In this document: piece by piece, positions 9,580-19,185 of the stretch
Numbering within the stretch: position 1 is the stretch's first letter
How the letters are laid out: each line of letters opens with the position of its first letter
DNA from: an uncultured Verrucomicrobiae bacterium
GTDB taxonomy: Bacteria; Verrucomicrobiota; Verrucomicrobiia; Chthoniobacterales; JAFAMB01
Assembly: GCA_963837955.1 (NCBI GenBank)
Contig: CAWIPH010000001.1
Coordinates: 1-64,000, forward strand
Direction of reading: 5' to 3'
Length of the DNA: 64,000 nucleotides
Position numbers and translations under genes: made by a program
The notes under the pieces: model-generated
Told to the model about the DNA's origin: nothing
Database searches by the model: none
What the model saw: only the letters and a program-made list of their open reading frames with translations

Positions 9580-11095
9580 ATGGCCACAATCTGTGTTGAT
9601 GTCGGGACCTCGGTCATCAAGACGGTCGCTTTCGACGACCGCGGCATGGAGATCGCCCTCGCCCGACAGGAAACGGAAGTGTTGCGTCCCGTACCCGGTT
9701 TTTCCGAGCAGGACATGTATTCAGTATGGGACGCGGCGGCCTTCACGGTCCGCACTGTTGTACGCCAACTGCCTGACCCAGTGCGGCTGATCTCGTTGAC
9801 CGCCCAGGGAGACGGTTGCTGGCTGGTGGATGGTGGCGGTCATCCTACCGGTCCCGCGATCCTGTGGAACGACGCCCGCGCCGCAGCGATTGTGGATCGT
9901 TGGCGAGAGGCAGGCGTCTTGAAGGAAGCTTTTCGCCGCAACGGCTCGCAAACCTTCGCTGGCCTTCCCAACGGCATCTTTACTTGGCTCAAGCACCATG
10001 ATCCCGATCGCCTGGAACGCTCGCATAAATCACTCTGCTGCAATGGCTGGATTTTTTACAATCTGACCGGACGCATGGCCATCGATGAGTCAGATGCAGC
10101 CGTGCCATTTTTCGACATACGCGAGCGGCGCTATTCCCCCGAACTCCTTCAGCTTTACGGCCTGGAGTGGGCCGAACGGCTGTTGCCAGATGTGCTTGCC
10201 AATGACCAGCGCGTCGGCGAACTACATTCGGCAGCGGCGGTCGAATTGGGTCTGCCAGCCGGGCTGCCTGTCGTCATGTCGCCTTATGATGTTGCCTCGA
10301 CGGCTATCGGTGTCGGCACAGTGAGCGACGGGCAAGCGTGCAGCATTCTCGGCACAACGCTTTGCACGGAAATTGTCATGAGCCATGTCAACCTGGAAAG
10401 AGAACCGTCAGGGTTGACCCTTCCTTTCGGTCCTCCGGGGCTGTACCTGCGCACATTCCCAACCTTGGCCGGCAGCGAGGTGATCCATTGGGCAGTCAAG
10501 CAGCTTGATCTCGGGGATCCGTCAGATCTTAGCCGTCTGGCGGCCAATGTCGCGCCGGGTGCGGACGGCCTTTGCTTTTTGCCCTATTTTTCTCCCGCCG
10601 GCGAGCGCGTTCCCTTCTTGAATACCGGCGCGCGAGGCACGCTTTTCGGGTTGTCGTTTGAGCACGGCCGGGAACATATCGCCCGCGCGGTCCTCGAAGG
10701 ATTGTCGCTGGTCATCCGCGACTGTTTCCAGGCAGCGCAAGAGACGCCTTCTCCCCCGCAAGTTTGCGGGCTATGTGGTGGTGGCGCGAACAGCGACGTG
10801 TGGTGCCAACTGATCGCGGATGTCGCAGGTACGCGAACCTTTCGTCTGGTCGACCAGGAGGTCGGTGCCAAGGGGGCATTTATCGTGGGACTGGTAGCCG
10901 TGGGACAAGCGACGGATTTCTCCAGCGCCGCCAAGAGATTATGTGCGAGTCCGCGATGTGTTCGAGCCACACAAGGAACGGCACGCTCGCTACGATGAAT
11001 TGTTCGAGCAATTCCTGGCGATCCGCGAGCGTACGATGCCGATCTGGAAGCGTATGGCAGACGACCGCGCCCGATCGGGTCCGACGGCCGCCTGA
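9580..11095 (+). CDS. FGGY-family carbohydrate (polyol) kinase, frameshift near 10936
   Basis: VDVGTSVIK, TAQGDG, ILWNDAR, GGGA motifs; natural-looking C-terminus DYVRVRDVFEP...YDELFEQF continues in another frame to TGA 11095. Confidence 0.88.
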
Positions 11096-11116
11096 GTCAT
11101 TTGAAAAGCTTTTTTT

Positions 11117-12604
11117 ATGGCACCAATGCAATCCGGGGATGCCGCTTGGCTCGGGCTCGACCTCGGCACTCAAAGCGTGCGTGCTATGGTCGTTTCCGGG
11201 GCCGGGGAGACGTTGGCCGCCGGTTCGCACAAACTGACCAGCCGCCGCGACGGACCGCGACACGAACAAGATCCAGAGGAATGGTGGCATGCCATCTCGG
11301 CTGCTTGCCAAGCGGCGTTTGCCGAGCTTCCGGCCGGTTTCAGCGTTCAAGGTGTCGCGGTGGATGGCACATCGGGCACAATCCTGCTGGTTGATTGCGA
11401 CGGATGGCCGTTGACACCGGGCCTGATGTACGATGACAGCCGCGCGATAGAAGAAACCAAACGAGTCAATGAGGCCGGCACGGAGGTGTGGGCCTCACTG
11501 GGCTACAACCGGATGCAGGTGTCTTGGGCGTTGCCGAAATTGCTCTGGCTGTTGAACCAACAATGCGGCTTAACCGCCGGGACTCGTCTAGCGCACCAGA
11601 CTGATTTTATCAACCGCCGGTTGGTCGGCATTGAGGTCGCCACGGACACCAGCAACGCGCTGAAAACCGGCGTAGACCTGATCAACGAACGGTGGCCGGA
11701 AGAGGTGTTTGCTGCGCTCGGAGTGCCCGGCGAAATTTTGCCAGACGTGGTGCGTGCCGGAACCTTTTTGGGTGTAGTGAGCGCGGAGGCGGCCTTGCAA
11801 ACAGGCATCTCGGAAGGCACGCCGGTCATCGCAGGCATGACAGACGGCTGTGCCGCACAGATGGGTGCAGGGGCATTGAGTGTGGGAAGCTGGAACTCCG
11901 TGCTCGGCACCACGCTCGTCCTCAAAGGGGTGACAAACGAATTGATCAAGGACCCCGCGGGTGTTCGGTATTCCCACCGTTCGCCCGATGGCAACTGGCT
12001 CCCCGGCGGAGCTTCAAGCTCCGGCGCAGGAGCCATCTCTAAGCTTTTCCCCGGGCGCGATCTGGAAGCGCTCGAGAAACGGGCCGCCGAACGGGAGCCT
12101 CCGGACATCGTCACCTACCCTCTACATGGATTTGGTGAACGCTTTCCGTTTATCGCGCCGGAAGCGGAAGGCTTTACCCTTGGCCAACCCGCTGACGAGA
12201 TCGACCAGTACGCCGCGCTGCTCCAAGGCGTGGCTTTTATCGAGCGTCTCTGTTTTGATTACCTGGATATACTGGGCGCACCGATCGATGGTCCTGTCGT
12301 GTTCACTGGTGGCGGAGCGAAGAGCCGCTACTGGTGTCAGTTGCGCGCGGATGTTCTCGGCAGACCGGTTGCACTACCAGAGAATGCCGAGGCGGCTTTA
12401 GGAATGGCGGTGCTTGCCGCAGCAACCGGGCGCAAGGTAGCGGACGTCGCTGGTGCGATGGTGCGTATTCGCGAAGTGATTGACCCGCGCCCGGAGCGCA
12501 TCGGGTGTTTCAGCGAATCGTACTTGCGGTTGGTCGATGAACTCGTCCGTCGGGGCTGGTTAAAGACGACCGTTGCGCAACACGCTTACCGAAGGGCTGT
12601 ATGA
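11117..12604 (+). CDS. FGGY-family carbohydrate kinase
   Basis: GLDLGTQSVR, VDGTSGT, MYDDSRA, GMTDGCAA, GERFPF, TGGGA. Confidence 0.92.
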   Translation: MAPMQSGDAAWLGLDLGTQSVRAMVVSGAGETLAAGSHKLTSRRDGPRHEQDPEEWWHAISAACQAAFAELPAGFSVQGVAVDGTSGTILLVDCDGWPLTPGLMYDDSRAIEETKRVNEAGTEVWASLGYNRMQVSWALPKLLWLLNQQCGLTAGTRLAHQTDFINRRLVGIEVATDTSNALKTGVDLINERWPEEVFAALGVPGEILPDVVRAGTFLGVVSAEAALQTGISEGTPVIAGMTDGCAAQMGAGALSVGSWNSVLGTTLVLKGVTNELIKDPAGVRYSHRSPDGNWLPGGASSSGAGAISKLFPGRDLEALEKRAAEREPPDIVTYPLHGFGERFPFIAPEAEGFTLGQPADEIDQYAALLQGVAFIERLCFDYLDILGAPIDGPVVFTGGGAKSRYWCQLRADVLGRPVALPENAEAALGMAVLAAATGRKVADVAGAMVRIREVIDPRPERIGCFSESYLRLVDELVRRGWLKTTVAQHAYRRAV

Positions 12605-13242
12605 CACACCTCTTTTTCGTTCGTCACGGCACGACGATTTGGCACGTGGAGAACCGCTATGCCGGCGTTACCGATGTAGCGTTGGACCCGCGTGGCTATG
12701 CGCAGGCCGAGCGACTCGCTGCTTGGGCTTCCGAGGCCGGACTGGCCGCAGTCTGGTCTTCTCCGTTGAGTCGCGCACGCGAAACAGCGGTCCCGGCAGC
12801 GCGTGCGGCCGGACTGGAGCTGCGAATCGACGAACGCTTGCGCGAAATCGACTTCGGTAAGATTGAAGGCAAGACCATGGCTGAGGCAGAGCAGCTTTTT
12901 CCAGAGGAAATGCGGCGTTTCAGAGTCGATCCCGCGGCTTATCCGATGCCCGGCGGCGAAGACCCCTATGAGGCTGCCCATCGCGCCGTCTCCGCTCTCC
13001 GCGATATCTCGGCCTCCCATCCACGGGAGCGCGTGCTGGTTGTGGCGCACAACACGCTCATCCGCCTGACGCTCTGTTCGCTATTTAATATTCCGCTGGC
13101 CCGTTATCGGACGGTTTTCCCGGGAGTTCGCAACGGCGCGTTGACCGAAATCCGGCTCGACCATGAAAGTGCTGCTCTCTTGCAATACAACTGTCCGCTC
13201 GACTCCGCCGATGGACCACTGCCTTCTAATCAGACATCATGA
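12601..13242 (+). CDS. Histidine phosphatase (PGAM) family protein
   Basis: RHG, SSPLSRARET, LREIDFG, VVAH; ATGA-coupled to both neighbours. Confidence 0.92.
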   Translation: MTHLFFVRHGTTIWHVENRYAGVTDVALDPRGYAQAERLAAWASEAGLAAVWSSPLSRARETAVPAARAAGLELRIDERLREIDFGKIEGKTMAEAEQLFPEEMRRFRVDPAAYPMPGGEDPYEAAHRAVSALRDISASHPRERVLVVAHNTLIRLTLCSLFNIPLARYRTVFPGVRNGALTEIRLDHESAALLQYNCPLDSADGPLPSNQTS

Positions 13243-14289
13243 GCACATGTATCCTTGTCGCCGGCGATCATTTCATCCTGCCTTCTATCTTTGCCGACGC
13301 GATTCGCGCCGAAGTAAAGTCCGCCATAGAGTTCCGCGAATATCAATCGCCTTGGCCTGGCGTACCTTTCGGCAAAATCGGTGAAGTGACGGAAGCATCC
13401 GGCTCGGAGGACGAAATTATAGAGGCTCTTCCGGGGGTGAGCCATCTACGTGGCGAATCATGCTCCCCTGACAAAGAAAATTCTTGAAGGAGCGCCCGAC
13501 CTGAAACTTGCCGTCATCGCTCGCGGAGGTCCGACCAATGCCAACATCAAGGCGGCGACCCAGCGCGGCGTACTCGTCTCTAACGCCCCTGGGCGCAACG
13601 CTACGGCGACCGCCGAGCACACCATAAGCCTCATCCTGGCAGTGCTGCGCCGTATTCCCGAAACGCACGCGGCGCTCGCGCAAGGCGAATGGCGCGGCGA
13701 TTACTACGAATACGACAAGTGCGGGCTGGAGCTGGAGGATTCCACCGCCGGGTTGATCGGTTACGGCGCGATCGGCAGCCGCGTGGCCCGTATGCTCCGC
13801 GGCTTCGGATGTCACGTGCTCGCGTATGATCCGTACGCCAAGCCGGAGACCTTCGGAGACCTGGCGCAAAATGTCGAACTCGACGAACTACTTTCCCGCT
13901 CGCGCATCGTTTCCTTGCATGCGCGCTCTACGCCCGAAACTCAGGGGATGATTGGTGCGAAACAGCTCACCGCTATGCCTGCTGGGTCGGTGCTCATCAA
14001 CTGCGCTCGCGGCACGCTCGTCGATTACGAGGCCGTTTGCGACGCACTTGACTCCGGCCACCTCTGGGGTGCCGGTTTCGACGTATTTCCCGAAGAGCCA
14101 ATCCCGGCAAACTCGCGCCTGCTGAGAACCCCGCACATCGTAATGACGCCACACATCGCGGGCGCCAGCAAGCAGACCGCCGAGAAAGCCGCGCGGATCG
14201 CCGCCGGTGAGGTTCGTCGCTTCCTTCAGGGCGTACCTCTCGAACATTGCGTCAACCCGCAAGCCAATGCCGCGGGCGAATCTGCCTAG
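13239..14289 (+). CDS. D-2-hydroxyacid/phosphoglycerate-dehydrogenase-like protein, frameshift near 13441
   Basis: N-part MSTCILVAGDHF (13239 frame) joins RGGPTN, GYGAIG, INCARG, FDVFPEEP, TPHIAG (13450 frame). Confidence 0.88.
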
Positions 14290-14614
14290 ACTGGATTGCT
14301 CATCCGCCTTGTACGATCAGCACGGCAGCATCTGTCGCGGCAAAGGCGTGGAGGTAATCGAGCCAGTACGAAAGCAGGCGGTGACGGAAAGAGGGTTCGC
14401 CTTCTGGGTAGGTCGTTTGGTGCTCCAAGTCGCTTGCGTCCAGAGCAGGAAAGGGTTTCTCGTGCTTGCGGCGCCAGCACTTTTCTGAAATACTCGAGTC
14501 TTAGTAGTAACTCTCTTCACAATCACGACCTTTTGCAGCTCGGATCGAAGCGTGATGGTACTTCGCCGCCGCCCGCAGGCGGAAGAACTCAAACTCTCCG
14601 AGCGGCATGGCGGT

Positions 14615-15832
14615 ATGGAACTTACCGGGATCAAGTTTAATTATGGTCCGAGCACGGGGGCGGTGAATGCGCTGTCCATTCGGCAGAATTTCACTTCTGA
14701 TGTCGCTGTTCCTGAATGGGTCAAGGGCAAGACCCTTCCCAAAAGTTCACCGGTAGCGTACTCGATAACCGGCGTGGCAGGCAAAATCATCACCATTCAA
14801 GCCAGCTTTGCCGCCGACCCCGGAGCGCCGGCCACGGTAGATGTTCGCGCTGACGGGGGCGGAGTGTTAGGCGCAATCGATCCAACGACGATCAACCTCA
14901 GTGCAGGGGCTTCGGTTCCTGAATTCGTCACGCTGAGCCTGGCACATCATCAAATCGGGCCGTCCGGAATTCTAAGGCAGGACATTCAATGGGATTGGTT
15001 TTATAAATCGACCGATGGGACGTGGGTCTCAATGGGCAGTTCTTCGCATCGGGTCTACGTGGTATTAGACACTCCCTTCTTGCCTTGGCTACAACCCCCG
15101 ACGCCGCCCACTTCCATGACGCAGTTACCTTGGGTTGACGCTCTGGATCAAGCGTGCGTATGGGCTGGAGGAAAACTGAACGCGCTGGATGCGGCTACGG
15201 CAGTTACTCAGGCAGTCAATAGCAACTTAGGGCTCACGTATGACGTTTCTCATGGAGCGAGCAAGTACACCCAGGCGGTGGGCCCGACCTCCTGGTTTTT
15301 GTGCACGGCCTTTTTGGCATTTATCAACCGGCAACCGGAAGGCAAAGGAAACGTTGTAAACTGCACTGACTGCGCGACGATCGTCTCGTCATTTGCGAAT
15401 CTCCTCGGCTGTCAGTTGGCCGCAGCGGTGATGGCCAGTCCCGGAGGATTCCTGTGTAACAAGATCATTGCGATCGGTGGGGGCACTTCATGGAATTATC
15501 CATTCCCGCCAGCGAACCTGTTTGCGTATCACGAGGTGGCGTGGACGGGCGCATTCAAACACGGGGACCAGATCTTCGATGCTTGTCTCCAGGCGGATCA
15601 CAGCGATGATCCCTGGGACTGGACGAATCCGGTTTTGCCTCACACCCCCGCGTTGCCAGCCAATGAGATCTTCACCAACCATGGTGTAGTTCCCAATTTG
15701 CCTATTCCGACCCCGGTAAGTATGGCAGGTTATCGGGAAAGGCTTGCGCAAAATTCGGCTGCGGGAATTGGGCATTGCGTGCCCATCGGGCCTTGGCCAA
15801 AGGCCCGAGGTGGACGGAGAGGGGTAATTTGA
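14615..15832 (+). CDS. Hypothetical protein with putative transglutaminase-like Cys-His-Asp triad
   Basis: VNCTDCATIVSSFANLLG, FAYHEVAW, IFDACL in canonical order; likely start ATG 14615. Confidence 0.6.
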   Translation: MELTGIKFNYGPSTGAVNALSIRQNFTSDVAVPEWVKGKTLPKSSPVAYSITGVAGKIITIQASFAADPGAPATVDVRADGGGVLGAIDPTTINLSAGASVPEFVTLSLAHHQIGPSGILRQDIQWDWFYKSTDGTWVSMGSSSHRVYVVLDTPFLPWLQPPTPPTSMTQLPWVDALDQACVWAGGKLNALDAATAVTQAVNSNLGLTYDVSHGASKYTQAVGPTSWFLCTAFLAFINRQPEGKGNVVNCTDCATIVSSFANLLGCQLAAAVMASPGGFLCNKIIAIGGGTSWNYPFPPANLFAYHEVAWTGAFKHGDQIFDACLQADHSDDPWDWTNPVLPHTPALPANEIFTNHGVVPNLPIPTPVSMAGYRERLAQNSAAGIGHCVPIGPWPKARGGRRGVI

Positions 15833-15937
15833 AGAAAGGCAGAAGAGGAATCGTGGCAGACGAAAGCATCCTGCGGCGCGAATGGCGGGAGAGAGAACGA
15901 ATGGACCCTTTTTGGACCGCGTAACCGGTATAAGCTA

Positions 15938-16456
15938 ATGAGCGGATTTCAAGCCATACAGGACGCGATTAAAGAGCAGTACGGTTTCAACGATTGGGGC
16001 AAAACGACTGCCGGCCAAGTTGTAGGGACAGCGTTAGCTCTCGGCCCTCTTCCCAGTGCGGAAAAGCACGATAATTTCCAGCTCGAAAGGCGGGTAGAGC
16101 TGCCTGAGGACCGTCCAGGATTTGGTGCTTATATCGAATATTATAAGAGCACTTCCGATGAAGGGATCCGGTTTGCCGTGACGGTTTTGCAGAACCAAAC
16201 TGTTGAACAAGCCCATGAGGAACTTGCGGAGGAGCTATCAAAATCCATGGCTCCCTCTCTGCCGCGAGCAGAGGAAAAGAACATTCATGTTGGGCACATC
16301 GCATTCGCGGGTAACGGGGCTACGCAGACCGCCGTGAGGTTTGTGAGAGGGAACCTTTTTATTAAAGTTGAGAGCGTTGGGCCCACGCATGCTGACGTTA
16401 AAGATCTTGCTGAAGCGATTGATAAGCAGATGATAGCGCATTCAGGCGGAAAATGA
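15938..16456 (+). CDS. Hypothetical protein, partner of the upstream gene
   Basis: 172-aa ORF with natural composition; decayed homolog at 4095-4585. Confidence 0.7.
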   Translation: MSGFQAIQDAIKEQYGFNDWGKTTAGQVVGTALALGPLPSAEKHDNFQLERRVELPEDRPGFGAYIEYYKSTSDEGIRFAVTVLQNQTVEQAHEELAEELSKSMAPSLPRAEEKNIHVGHIAFAGNGATQTAVRFVRGNLFIKVESVGPTHADVKDLAEAIDKQMIAHSGGK

Positions 16457-16612
16457 CCGGCCAAAAACGGGGCTAGTCCGTGAGGACACCGATCATTAGG
16501 TCACGTCTTAACAAGTACCATCGCTTTAAGACTTGTCTTCCAATCCGTCTCGCATTGATCAATGTCGCGCAAGCATCGCGGCGAAGGAAGCAAGGTGGTA
16601 AATCGCTCAACC

Positions 16613-19009
16613 CTATTCAATCCGGATTTGCCAGTTCTTGCCCTCCCAGCGCTGACTTTCTTTCCAAAAGAATGTGAATTCAATCACGCGACCGCTCGCC
16701 AGCATTGCGGTTGGTAAATCAGCGAAGCATAGGTTTAGTCCGCCGCACGTGATCGTCTCGGATTGATTGGTTGCCGTCCAGCTGTCAGCTGACCATACAA
16801 TGATAGCCTCTGCCCCGACGATGATACGTAGAGTTTTTTGACGAGGCATCTGGCGAAGTTGATAGCGAAAACTCCAGATCTCGTGATTGCTTGGCACGGG
16901 ATCGACGACATAGCGCTGGAATGCCGGCTCTACCCGATCGAAGCAGACGCCGTCGTGCCGGCTGCGGACGAGCGCGATGTATTCGGCATGCGACCAGCAG
17001 AGCGGCATCGCCGCGCCGGTTGGTCGACCACGTTTCATGCTGCCGTCGGGTAGGTCGTCGACGTCCCAAAGTTGTTCAGTGATCATACCCCCTTCGTTAG
17101 CGAATTTTTCCATCGCCGCGATTATCGGCTTTGGATCCCCTCCAGCAGCGAGTTCGTAATGACCGCGTTCGCCGGTCAAGATTGGCCAGGAGCGACCGAC
17201 GCCGGTCCCATCAAAAGCGCTGGCATCGTCCTTTTGGCCGTAGCCATCGTAATTGTAACGCCGCCAACACGGACCTTGGGGAAGGTCGCGCTTGATCACG
17301 CGGTCAATCACTTCAATTGAGTCGAGTACGACCGGGTTTTTCGCATCGCGAATGCCGAGCCGAACGAGTTGAAGAAAATCGCCTCCAACAATATTCCGCG
17401 CTGGATGGAGGCCGCCGCCATTGGCGATCCAGACCATCGCCGTATTCGGATCCGCGTGCGGATCTGGTGTTTGCGAATCGGTAGGATTAATTCGGATGAA
17501 ATGTCGCGGGAAACCGTCGACCAACCCACCTTGGGTTGTGACCATCCATTGTTCGAGGTGGGTAGCCAACCAATCGGCATATTCCAAGATAAAATTGGCC
17601 GCGCTCGTTTCACCCCGGTCATTGGCGAACTCTGCCGCACAGACCAATCCGGCGATGACTGTGGCGAGTGTTGAAGGGGAATAGCCGGCGTTCTCCTCCC
17701 AACGATCCTGAGCGGTCACCGGTCCTTGTAGGACAAGATAAGTTGCAGCGCGGGAGATCATCATCCACGGATCGAAAAGAGGAATAGCGGCTCTTGCCCG
17801 CTTAACCCGCCACGCCAGCAAAATTGGGGCCGCAACTTCATCGAGCTGCAAGCCGGGCCAATATGCGCTGCCATCGATCCAGCTGTTTTGCGGGAAACTG
17901 CCATCCGGCCGTTGAATCGCAGCGAGCCAAATTAGGGCGCGGGCCGGCGTTTCCGTTGCGCCGCTCGCGAGCAGCGCAGTGGCGCTTTGCACCAGGTCGC
18001 GCGTCCAGACCAGATGATAGCCACCGATATCGTTGTCCCCCTTGGTTTCACCCCATGGGATGCTCATGGACGCAACTATGGCTCCTTGAAAGTCTTTATC
18101 TTCGTGGGCCAGCAGCACGCAGCGACTTAAGCGATAGATCCCGCCATGGTCGGACGTTTGGTCGCTGAAATCGGAACCCAGATTTGCCGTGGCGTTCCAT
18201 TGTCGGACATAAGTCTCGTGCTGGAGATCAAACGGTGTGGCCAACGATTGCAGCAAATTGGTCGCCGCGCTCTGGTAACTCCCACTGAAGCTGACAGCAA
18301 TCGTGAATTCATCGCCGCCTTGAAGATCGATTTCGCCAGTCAACGCAATGTTCCCATTTTCAGCGGCGCTGAATTCCCAGATCATTTTGAAATGGTTCAT
18401 CACGTCCTGCCAACCATCACTTGCGCCGACAAAACCGACCGAACGGCGGGAAAAACCGGTACTGCACGCCATCACCAGATGCACGCCGGTACGCTCCGCG
18501 TGGAGGAGTTTGTTGTCGCCGATCTCAGAACACCAGCCCGAGTTATCGGCGCCTTGTCGCGCAATGTGCGGAGCCAAGAGCCCGTACAGGCTCAACTTCC
18601 CGCGTAGCGAATCGTCGACTATGTCAACTTTCGTGTAGACCAGCAGGACCGACCTATGCGGATCCGCTAGCACCTGTTTGGTGATCCGATAGCGGCCGTT
18701 GCGCTCGGTATTGGTTAAGCGGTAGAAAAGAGAGTCGCGATCCGGATAGTCGATCTGATGATCAAGGTCACGCTTTTCCTCGTGGCAAAAGGTTGCGCCG
18801 TCGCTGATAAGAAACTGGAAATCGCGCGTGTTCGGTTGATCGACGTTGGGATAGTAGATTTCATTAACGATTCCGTGGCTGAGGGTGAACCAGAGCCGGG
18901 AGCCTGTAGAATACGCCGTGCCTAGGCCCTCCTTCGCGCTTGAGGTCCAGCGCGGTTCCATTCCGGGCGCACCGAATGCAACGCTATTTGCCATCATGAT
19001 TGGTTGCAC
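16613..19009 (-). CDS. GH15 glucoamylase/glucodextranase-like glucan 1,4-alpha-glucosidase
   Basis: AFGAPGMEPRWTSSAKEG, SIPWG, GYHLVWTRD, QLDE, DRWEE, PLCWSHAEY. Confidence 0.93.
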   Translation of the reverse strand: MQPIMMANSVAFGAPGMEPRWTSSAKEGLGTAYSTGSRLWFTLSHGIVNEIYYPNVDQPNTRDFQFLISDGATFCHEEKRDLDHQIDYPDRDSLFYRLTNTERNGRYRITKQVLADPHRSVLLVYTKVDIVDDSLRGKLSLYGLLAPHIARQGADNSGWCSEIGDNKLLHAERTGVHLVMACSTGFSRRSVGFVGASDGWQDVMNHFKMIWEFSAAENGNIALTGEIDLQGGDEFTIAVSFSGSYQSAATNLLQSLATPFDLQHETYVRQWNATANLGSDFSDQTSDHGGIYRLSRCVLLAHEDKDFQGAIVASMSIPWGETKGDNDIGGYHLVWTRDLVQSATALLASGATETPARALIWLAAIQRPDGSFPQNSWIDGSAYWPGLQLDEVAAPILLAWRVKRARAAIPLFDPWMMISRAATYLVLQGPVTAQDRWEENAGYSPSTLATVIAGLVCAAEFANDRGETSAANFILEYADWLATHLEQWMVTTQGGLVDGFPRHFIRINPTDSQTPDPHADPNTAMVWIANGGGLHPARNIVGGDFLQLVRLGIRDAKNPVVLDSIEVIDRVIKRDLPQGPCWRRYNYDGYGQKDDASAFDGTGVGRSWPILTGERGHYELAAGGDPKPIIAAMEKFANEGGMITEQLWDVDDLPDGSMKRGRPTGAAMPLCWSHAEYIALVRSRHDGVCFDRVEPAFQRYVVDPVPSNHEIWSFRYQLRQMPRQKTLRIIVGAEAIIVWSADSWTATNQSETITCGGLNLCFADLPTAMLASGRVIEFTFFWKESQRWEGKNWQIRIE

Positions 19010-19185
19010 CTTTTAGGGTTCGCCTGGGCTTCCCTCCCAGTTCGGAAGTGTCGATCCGCGCAGGAAACCTGTCTGTACGCATTTTTACGTATATTACTTA
19101 CGGCTCTTATTGGTATACTCGCTTTTTTAGGGCGTTAAATAGGCAGGACATTCAGGGGCAGTGGATACCAACTCCGGTGTTTCAG

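Noticed and set aside
14290..14460. Minus-strand fragment DASDLEHQTTYPEGEPSFRHRLLSYWLDYLHAF
   Set aside because: Could be a gene remnant, but it has no start and no family I can recognise.
19000..19185. Long N-terminal extensions from the ORF track (also 14552, 21852, 24296, 36283, 47261, 57874, 59086, 5213)
   Set aside because: They overlap neighbours or promoters and lack protein-like composition; downstream ATGs fit family starts or coupling better.
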